64,000 bases of DNA from contig OZ244852.1 in assembly GCA_965220965.1 (NCBI GenBank), positions 448,001-512,000 on the forward strand, given 5' to 3'. This DNA comes from Candidatus Marinacidobacterium sp. Its GTDB lineage: Bacteria > Acidobacteriota > Vicinamibacteria > Marinacidobacterales > Marinacidobacteraceae. Of the stretch, positions 57,887 through 64,000 are shown piece after piece. Made by a program: the position numbers and the translations under genes. The stretch's first letter is position 1. Each line of letters opens with the position of its first letter. A model generated the notes under the pieces. That model was not told where the DNA came from and did no database searches. It worked only from the letters and a program-made list of their open reading frames with translations.

Positions 57887-58740
57887 GGATCGGGCAGCAG
57901 AAGCGCGAGCGGCGAGGTCCGCCCCGTCGGGATGGCCACCCGCGCGGCCGCCCCCTCCCGGACTCCCGGGGTCCCCGGCGGGAGCGCCAGTCGAACGAGC
58001 CGCGCGCTCTCCGATGCGAAGGAAGCCCGGGCGGCCAGGCTGGACGCGGAAGGGTCGAGGACCTCTTCCAAGACCGAGGACGCCGGCTCCTCGCTCGCCC
58101 CGAGCCGCACCGCAACGGCAGCCCCCCGGGAGATCCTCGCCGCGAGTCCGTCCTCGACGGCGACCAGAACCTCGGGCAAGCCGCCGTCCGCGCGGACTTC
58201 GGCCACCGGCTGACCCTCGGACACCGGAACTCCGACCGCCAGATCGTTCAGGACGAGGATCCCGGCGACCGGGCTGATGACCTCGGCGGCGGCCTCGGCG
58301 GCCTCCAGGTCGGCGCGCGCGACCTCGAGCGCCGGTGGTTCCGAATCGGCGTCCGACGCCAGGCTCCGGGCCTCGACGACCGCGAGCCGGGCCTCGGCGA
58401 GCGCGATCCGCAGCGCGGTCTCCGGCCCTTCGATGCGCGCCACGACCTGACCGGGCCGGACCGGGTCGCCGTCCCCGGCGAGCAGTTCGACGACGGTCCC
58501 GCCGGCGCCGGCGGCGAGCGCGGTCCGCTCTCCGCCGAAGACGACGAGGCCCTCCCGGATCTCGATCCGATCCACCCGCACCAGGGCGCCCCACGCGACG
58601 GCGGCGATCACCCCCGCCGCCAGCGCCACGCGCAGTTGCCGCTCGTGCGGCGCGCTCACGCAGAGGGGGTCGTCAAGGGGGTCCGGCCGCGCGCTCTCGA
58701 GCAGCGCGGACTCCCGAAACGGCGAGGAGCCAGTCCACAT
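57883..58740 (-). CDS. HlyD-like secretion/membrane fusion protein of the NHLP export system
   Basis: FRESALL..PDPLDD, TM helix, lipoyl-like GDGDPVRPGQVVARI / VISPVAG and C-terminal SPLALL. Confidence 0.8.
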   Translation of the reverse strand: MWTGSSPFRESALLESARPDPLDDPLCVSAPHERQLRVALAAGVIAAVAWGALVRVDRIEIREGLVVFGGERTALAAGAGGTVVELLAGDGDPVRPGQVVARIEGPETALRIALAEARLAVVEARSLASDADSEPPALEVARADLEAAEAAAEVISPVAGILVLNDLAVGVPVSEGQPVAEVRADGGLPEVLVAVEDGLAARISRGAAVAVRLGASEEPASSVLEEVLDPSASSLAARASFASESARLVRLALPPGTPGVREGAAARVAIPTGRTSPLALLLPDP

Positions 58741-58917
58741 GCACTGCTGATCCTCGCATGATCCGCCCCCTCAGCGGAGGAACGCCACGCCGCGCGGCGG
58801 GATGTCCCGGCTCGGGGAGCGGCCGGCGCGGCGTCCGCTCCCCCGGGTCGGTCAGTCAGGCGCTGTCACCGCCGGAGCGCGCGCCGGGGATGCGCATGCC
58901 GCCGGCGACGGCGTCTG

Positions 58918-59181
58918 CTACATCGTGACGGCGCACATGCAGGAGATGCCGCCCGAGACGCCGTCGAGCTGCTCCTCGCTCAGTTGGGGCGAGGGCGGGA
59001 GGACCAGGCGCCCCTCGGTGGAGCTGTCCTCGTGCTCCGGCGCCTCGAACCCGTCGGGGAGGGTGATGTCGAACTCCTCCTCGATCGCGGCCTTCGGATC
59101 CTGGGTCCGACGAGCGCGAAAGACGGGATCCTCTCCCGCCTTGGCGATGAGGCGGGCGCGCATCTCGGTCACGGACTTCAT
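58918..59181 (-). CDS. NHLP-leader RiPP precursor A3, core ISCMCAVTM
   Basis: ATG at 59181 after GGGAGGA. Leader paralogous to A1/A2, ending LSEEQLDGVSGG. Confidence 0.88.
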   Translation of the reverse strand: MKSVTEMRARLIAKAGEDPVFRARRTQDPKAAIEEEFDITLPDGFEAPEHEDSSTEGRLVLPPSPQLSEEQLDGVSGGISCMCAVTM

Positions 59182-59242
59182 GAGCCGTTTCCTCCCTGGA
59201 ACATCAGCCTGACCACCGCCGGATCCCCGACGCAAACAACTG

Positions 59243-60019
59243 TCACCGGTTGGATCGGGCCGCTTCGCGCCCCGGGGGACCAGTGGCCGGAACCGCGGCG
59301 CCGCGGTGCAGACGCCGGTAGAGCGGCGCGAGGCGGCGCGGCGGCGCCCCCGCCAGCCAGGCCAGCAGCGTCAGGTTGTCGAGGACGGCGGTGAGGACCG
59401 GGCCGAGGCGGCGCCAGTGTTCGTCCCCGGTCGTGACCGGACTCGCGGTCGGGACCAGAAGGCCCACGCGGCGGATCCGGCGGGCGAAGGCGGCGTCCTC
59501 CATGATCGGATCGTCCGGGAAGCCGCCGACCTCGAGGAAGGCGGACCGGCGGACGAAGATGGCCTGGTCGCCGTAGGGAAGGCGCAGCCAGCGGGCGCGC
59601 CGGTTGGCGCGGCGGGCGCCGCCCCGGAGCAGGCGGCTCGCCGTCTCGACGCGTTGCGGAAACCACCCGCCGACGGCGCCGGGCTGCGCCAGCGCTCGCT
59701 CGATCTGCGCTTCCGCGTCGGGAGGGAGGCGGCAGTCTGCATGGAGGAAGAGCAGCACCCGGCCGCGGGCTTCCCGCGCCCCCAGGTTCATCTGCCGGGC
59801 CCGGCCGGGGGAGGAAAGGAGGACCCGCGCCCCCGCCGATCCCGCCTCGGCGACGGTGGCGTCCCCGCTCCCGCCGTCCACCACGAGGACTTCGGCCCCG
59901 GGCGGCGCGGACCGGATGGCGCGCCCGACAGCCCCCGCCGCGTCGAGCGAGGGGATGACCACCGAGAGGCGCGGACCCCCGCCCGGGGTGGCCGGTCGGG
60001 GCGGATTCTGGGGGAACGT
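59243..60019 (-). CDS. GT2 glycosyltransferase (TIGR04283-like); ACG start inferred (ORF track start 59962)
   Basis: LSVVIP, VVDGGSGD, GRARQMNLGA, LFLHAD, PYGDQAIF and GGF..PIMED. Confidence 0.85.
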   Translation of the reverse strand, partial: TFPQNPPRPATPGGGPRLSVVIPSLDAAGAVGRAIRSAPPGAEVLVVDGGSGDATVAEAGSAGARVLLSSPGRARQMNLGAREARGRVLLFLHADCRLPPDAEAQIERALAQPGAVGGWFPQRVETASRLLRGGARRANRRARWLRLPYGDQAIFVRRSAFLEVGGFPDDPIMEDAAFARRIRRVGLLVPTASPVTTGDEHWRRLGPVLTAVLDNLTLLAWLAGAPPRRLAPLYRRLHRGAAVPATGPPGREAARSNR

Positions 60020-60098
60020 TGGTCTTTACCTCCGGGCGGGGCGCCCGCTAGAATTCTGCCGTCCGTCGCCTCGCGCGGTCGGACGCCTCCAGCACTTC

Positions 60099-60551
60099 AT
60101 GGGCGAATACCTCGGTATCCTGGTCGCCGTCCTGCTCGGCGTGGCCTTCGTCGGCGTCACGCTGTTCGTGTCGTCGCTGGTGCGGCCGGCAAGTCCGTCG
60201 GCGGCCAAGGCCCAGCCTTACGAGTGCGGCGAGAACCCGGTTGGAACGCCGTGGGGCGTCCAGTTCAACATCCGGTTCTACGTCTTCGCGCTCGTCTTCC
60301 TCATCTTCGATGTGGAGGCGGTCATGCTCCTGCCATGGGCGCTGGCCTACCTCGATCTCGGCGTCGGAGCACTGGTCGCGGGCATGCTGTTCCTCGGGAT
60401 GCTCGTTCTCGGCCTCGCCGACGTGTGGGTGAAGGGCGACCTCGAATGGGTGCGCTCCGAAGAACGCAGCGCGCTCAAGGCGGGGGTGAAGAGCGGCGCA
60501 GCGACCGCCGCAGCGGCTGCGCAGGTCTCGACGACGGGAGGCCCGGCCTGA
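60099..60551 (+). CDS. nuoA: NADH-quinone oxidoreductase subunit A
   Basis: [22 protein letters not shown] and KGDLEW. Confidence 0.95.
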   Translation: MGEYLGILVAVLLGVAFVGVTLFVSSLVRPASPSAAKAQPYECGENPVGTPWGVQFNIRFYVFALVFLIFDVEAVMLLPWALAYLDLGVGALVAGMLFLGMLVLGLADVWVKGDLEWVRSEERSALKAGVKSGAATAAAAAQVSTTGGPA

Positions 60552-60612
60552 GCCATCCGGCCCGGTTTCGGCGCGGACCCCACCTGACCCTGACACGGAA
60601 AACGGAGATCGC

Positions 60613-61152
60613 ATGGATCTGATCGGCGCGCTCGGCAAGAACCAGGTCGCGCTGACCACCGTCAGCGCCATCGTGAACTGGGCGCGGTTGTCGGCGCTGT
60701 GGCCGATGACCTTCGGGCTTGCCTGCTGCGCGATCGAGATGATGGCGACCGGCGCCAGCCGCTTCGACTGGGACCGGCTGGGGCTGATCCCCCGCGCGAC
60801 GCCGAGGCAGTCCGACGTGATGATCGTGGCCGGGACCGTCACCCACAAGATGGCGATCCGGGTCCGCACGCTCTACGACCAGATGCCCGAGCCCAAGTAC
60901 GTGATTTCCATGGGAAGCTGCGCGAACAACGGCGGGCCCTACTGGCAGCACGGCTACCACGTCGTGAAGGGCGTGGACCAGATCATTCCGGTGGACGTCT
61001 ACGTCCCCGGATGCCCTCCCCGGCCCGAAGCGCTCCTCTACGGGATCATGGCGCTCCAGGACCGGATCCGGGAGAAGTCGCTCCTCGAGGATCCGCGCCC
61101 CGGCCGGCCGCCGGCGACGCCCGCCGAGCCGGTGGAGGTGACCGCCGCGTGA
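60613..61152 (+). CDS. nuoB: NADH-quinone oxidoreductase subunit B
   Basis: [22 protein letters not shown] and [11 protein letters not shown]. Confidence 0.97.
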   Translation: MDLIGALGKNQVALTTVSAIVNWARLSALWPMTFGLACCAIEMMATGASRFDWDRLGLIPRATPRQSDVMIVAGTVTHKMAIRVRTLYDQMPEPKYVISMGSCANNGGPYWQHGYHVVKGVDQIIPVDVYVPGCPPRPEALLYGIMALQDRIREKSLLEDPRPGRPPATPAEPVEVTAA

Positions 61153-61700
61153 GCGGCGCCGACATCATCGCGCGGCTCACCGCGCACCTCGGCCTCGCCG
61201 AGGGAGCCTTCGAGGCCGACGCCGAGGCGGCCGACCCGTGGGTCCGGCTTCCGGCCGATCGGCTCCACGAGGCGGCTTCCTTCCTGAAGGCGGATCCGGA
61301 CCTCGACTTCGACACGCTCCACTGCCTCTCCGGCGTGGACTGGCCCGGCGATGACCCGCCCGCCGTCGAGGTCGTCTACCACCTGTTCTCGCTGACGAAG
61401 AAGCACTGGATCGTTCTCAAGGTCCGGGTCCCCCGCGCCGGCGGGAGCGTTCCGACGCTGGAGAACGTGTGGAAGGCCGCGAACTGGCACGAGCGGGAGA
61501 CGTGGGATCTCTTCGGGGTCCGCTTCGAGGGGCACAGCGACCACCGGCGGATCCTGCTGCCGGCGGACTGGCCCGGTCACCCGATGCTGCGGGACTGGGA
61601 GTGGCCGGAGACCTGGCACAAGATCCCGGTGAAGCCGGGTCGCCAGATGTCCGATCGCGCCGAGGGCGGCCAGATGACGGGCGTGGGCCCGTTCGACTGA
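61149..61700 (+). CDS. nuoC: NADH-quinone oxidoreductase subunit C
   Basis: GTGA overlap, LSGVDW, VVYHL and [31 protein letters not shown]. Confidence 0.95.
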   Translation: MSGADIIARLTAHLGLAEGAFEADAEAADPWVRLPADRLHEAASFLKADPDLDFDTLHCLSGVDWPGDDPPAVEVVYHLFSLTKKHWIVLKVRVPRAGGSVPTLENVWKAANWHERETWDLFGVRFEGHSDHRRILLPADWPGHPMLRDWEWPETWHKIPVKPGRQMSDRAEGGQMTGVGPFD

Positions 61701-61716
61701 GGAAGGAGGACGGATC

Positions 61717-62943
61717 GTGAGTTCGCCCCGCTTCCCCGGCTCGACCGGTTTCGACGGCGCGCCGCTGGTGACGCTCTACGACGAGGAGATCCCGGCCGAC
61801 AACTCCTACGCGTTCTCGCCCGACGAGCTCGAAGAGGACGAGATGATCCTCAACATGGGGCCGCAGCACCCCTCGACCCACGGCGTGCTGCGGATCGAGC
61901 TCAAGACGGATGGCGAGATCATCAAGGACTGCCGCCCCCACATCGGCTATCTCCACCGGAACTTCGAGAAGCACGCCGAGAACATCGACTACCAGGGCGT
62001 TATTCCGTTCACCGACCGCATGGACTACGTGGGCTCGATGGGGAACAGCCTCGCCTACGCGCTGACGGTTGAGAAACTCCTCGGCATCGAGGTCGGGGAA
62101 CGGGTGGCGACCATCCGGATCATCACCGCCGAGCTCCAGCGGATCGCGAGCCACCTGCTCGCGATGGGCACCTACGGGATGGACATCGGCGCGTTCACGC
62201 CGTTCCTGCTCTGCTTCCAGCAGCGCGAGCGCATCCTGGATCTGTTCGAGTGGCTCTGCGGGGCCCGGCTGCTCTACAACTACAACTGGGTCGGGGGGGT
62301 TTCCCACGATCTTCCCGAGGGCTGGACCGGGCGATGCGGTCGATTCCTCGACGAGTTCGTTCCGGTGCTCGATGAGGTCGACCGGCTTCTCAGCCACAAC
62401 AAGATCTTCATCCGGCGCACCGGCGACGTCGGGATCATCACTCCGGAGATGGCCCGCGACTACGCGCTCTCCGGTCCGAACCTGCGAGGTTCGGGGATCT
62501 CGTGGGATCTCCGCCGCGACGACCCCTACCTCGGTTACGAGACCTACGACTTCGATGTCATCACCGCGAGCGGGGCGCACGGTCCGATCGGTTCCTGCTG
62601 GGACCGGTACTTCGTGCGGGTCCGCGAGATGTACGAGAGCGTGAAGATCGTCCGGCAGGCGCTGGAGCGCCTTCCCGCGGAGGGGGATGTCCACGAGAAC
62701 GTTCCCCGGTTCATCCGCCCGCCCGCCGGCGAGGCGTACTGCCGCAGCGAGGCCCCCCGCGGCGAGCTCGGCTTCTACATCGTGGCCGAGCAGAAGAAGC
62801 CGATCCCGTACCGGGTCAAGGGCCGCTCCCCCTGCTTCGTGGCGATGGGGCTCTTCCACGAGATCACCCGGGGCGAGATGATCGCGGACATCATCGCGAT
62901 CATCGGCAGCCTCGACATCGTTCTCGGGGAGATCGACCGGTGA
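61717..62943 (+). CDS. nuoD: NADH-quinone oxidoreductase subunit D
   Basis: [30 protein letters not shown] and [11 protein letters not shown]. Confidence 0.97.
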   Translation: MSSPRFPGSTGFDGAPLVTLYDEEIPADNSYAFSPDELEEDEMILNMGPQHPSTHGVLRIELKTDGEIIKDCRPHIGYLHRNFEKHAENIDYQGVIPFTDRMDYVGSMGNSLAYALTVEKLLGIEVGERVATIRIITAELQRIASHLLAMGTYGMDIGAFTPFLLCFQQRERILDLFEWLCGARLLYNYNWVGGVSHDLPEGWTGRCGRFLDEFVPVLDEVDRLLSHNKIFIRRTGDVGIITPEMARDYALSGPNLRGSGISWDLRRDDPYLGYETYDFDVITASGAHGPIGSCWDRYFVRVREMYESVKIVRQALERLPAEGDVHENVPRFIRPPAGEAYCRSEAPRGELGFYIVAEQKKPIPYRVKGRSPCFVAMGLFHEITRGEMIADIIAIIGSLDIVLGEIDR

Positions 62944-64000
62944 TCACGCGCTTCCGCCAGATCGAGATGCGGCTCATGGGGCCGCTGTCGGCGATCCCGA
63001 TCGTCCTCGCGGCGGTGGTCCTGACGACGATCGCCGCCTTGCCGCTCGTCTCGGCGACGCTCTCCGAGTGGATCCGCGACGCGGTTCCGCCCGCCTTCCA
63101 GCACCTGATCGCGGTGACGCTCGGCACGGTCGGGTTCGTGGCGATTCTGGCGCTGAACCCGATCTACGCGATCTGGCTGGAGCGCAAGGTGGCGGCCCAC
63201 GTCCAGGACCGGCTGGGCCCCATGCGCGTCGGCTGGCACGGGCTGCTCCAGAGCTTCGCCGACGGCGTGAAGCTGCTCTTCAAGGAGGATCTGGTCCCGA
63301 GGGACTCCGACCGCCTCCTGTTCCGCGCGGCGCCGATGGTTGCGATCGCGGCGGCGTTCGCCGCCTTCGTGGTGATTCCCTGGGGCGTTCGGGCCGACGG
63401 CGCTGTCCTCGCGGTCTCGAACCTGAACATCGGCGTCCTCTACGTGCTCGCGATCACCTCGCTCGGGGCGCTCTCCGTCCTGATGGCGGGGTGGGGTTCG
63501 AACAACAAGTACGCCCTCTACGGCGGCATGCGCGCCGCCGCGCAGATGGTCAGCTACGAAATCCCCACCGCGATCCTGGTGCTCGTGGTGGTGGCGCAGG
63601 TCGGGAGCCTTTCGCTGCCCGAAATCGTGGCGGCCCAGCAGGGCGGTTTCCTCGGCGTCTCGAACTGGTTCATCTTCCAGTTGTTCCCGCTGAACCTGAT
63701 CGCTTTCGTGCTGTTCTTCATCTGCGGCCTCGCCGAGACGAACCGGACGCCCTTCGACATCCCCGAAGCCGAGTCCGAGCTGGTTGCCGGTTTCCACACC
63801 GAGTACAGCGGGATGCGTTTCGCGTTCTTCTTCCTGGCCGAGTACGGGAACATGCTGCTGGTCTCGATGCTGGCGGCGCTTCTGTTCCTGGGTGGATGGG
63901 TCGGCCCGGTCGGTTCGAATCCGCTTCTCCTCTTCGCCAAGGGGTTTGGCCTGGTCGTCGTGCAGATGTGGCTGCGCTGGACGCTCCCCCGCCTGCGGGT
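62940..64000 (+). CDS. nuoH: NADH-quinone oxidoreductase subunit H (3'-truncated by the window edge; not in the ORF track)
   Basis: GTG at 62940 overlaps the nuoD stop. Motifs [36 protein letters not shown] and [26 protein letters not shown]. Confidence 0.95.
   Translation, partial: MITRFRQIEMRLMGPLSAIPIVLAAVVLTTIAALPLVSATLSEWIRDAVPPAFQHLIAVTLGTVGFVAILALNPIYAIWLERKVAAHVQDRLGPMRVGWHGLLQSFADGVKLLFKEDLVPRDSDRLLFRAAPMVAIAAAFAAFVVIPWGVRADGAVLAVSNLNIGVLYVLAITSLGALSVLMAGWGSNNKYALYGGMRAAAQMVSYEIPTAILVLVVVAQVGSLSLPEIVAAQQGGFLGVSNWFIFQLFPLNLIAFVLFFICGLAETNRTPFDIPEAESELVAGFHTEYSGMRFAFFFLAEYGNMLLVSMLAALLFLGGWVGPVGSNPLLLFAKGFGLVVVQMWLRWTLPRLR

Noticed and set aside
48530-59181. NHLP genes as nitrile hydratase subunits, or the cluster as a proteusin/lanthipeptide/cyanobactin locus
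   Set aside because: No NHase metal-binding CxxCSC in an enzyme-length protein and no beta subunit. No radical SAM, LanM or PatA/PatG protease in the cluster.
1-64000. CRISPR arrays, tRNA/rRNA genes, IS elements, integrases
   Set aside because: No regularly spaced repeats, RNA-gene signatures or transposase/integrase motifs were recognised by eye. A covariance-model search was not possible.

Overview
High-GC bacterial chromosome segment. An ADOP-type permease, a GWxTD protein and an Oar-type TonB receptor point to Acidobacteriota, and a host-associated lifestyle is possible (both are inference). From left to right it carries: a CobN/HmuS-like chelatase operon (hmuSTUV-like layout); a three-gene matrixin operon; secreted hydrolases and transporters; an orphan VapB; a ~5 kb compositionally distinct islet with duplicated ankyrin genes, a small secreted Cys-rich peptide and an ADOP permease; housekeeping and repair genes (atl-like, nfi, namZ, rmuC, maeB); a ~12 kb RiPP cluster; and the start of a nuo operon that goes from nuoD directly to nuoH. 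The main finding is the RiPP cluster (47032-59181). It has three NHLP-leader precursors with very short CxC cores (NCNYCGCNCVY, TNVCSCHY, ISCMCAVTM), a fused YcaO cyclodehydratase, a SagB-type oxidase, a core-less leader-only gene coupled to the YcaO, an unassigned enzyme (possibly an ABBA-type prenyltransferase) and the NHLP export trio. No rRNA, tRNA, CRISPR array, integrase or transposase was recognised. All family calls come from reading motifs by eye; no database search was run.
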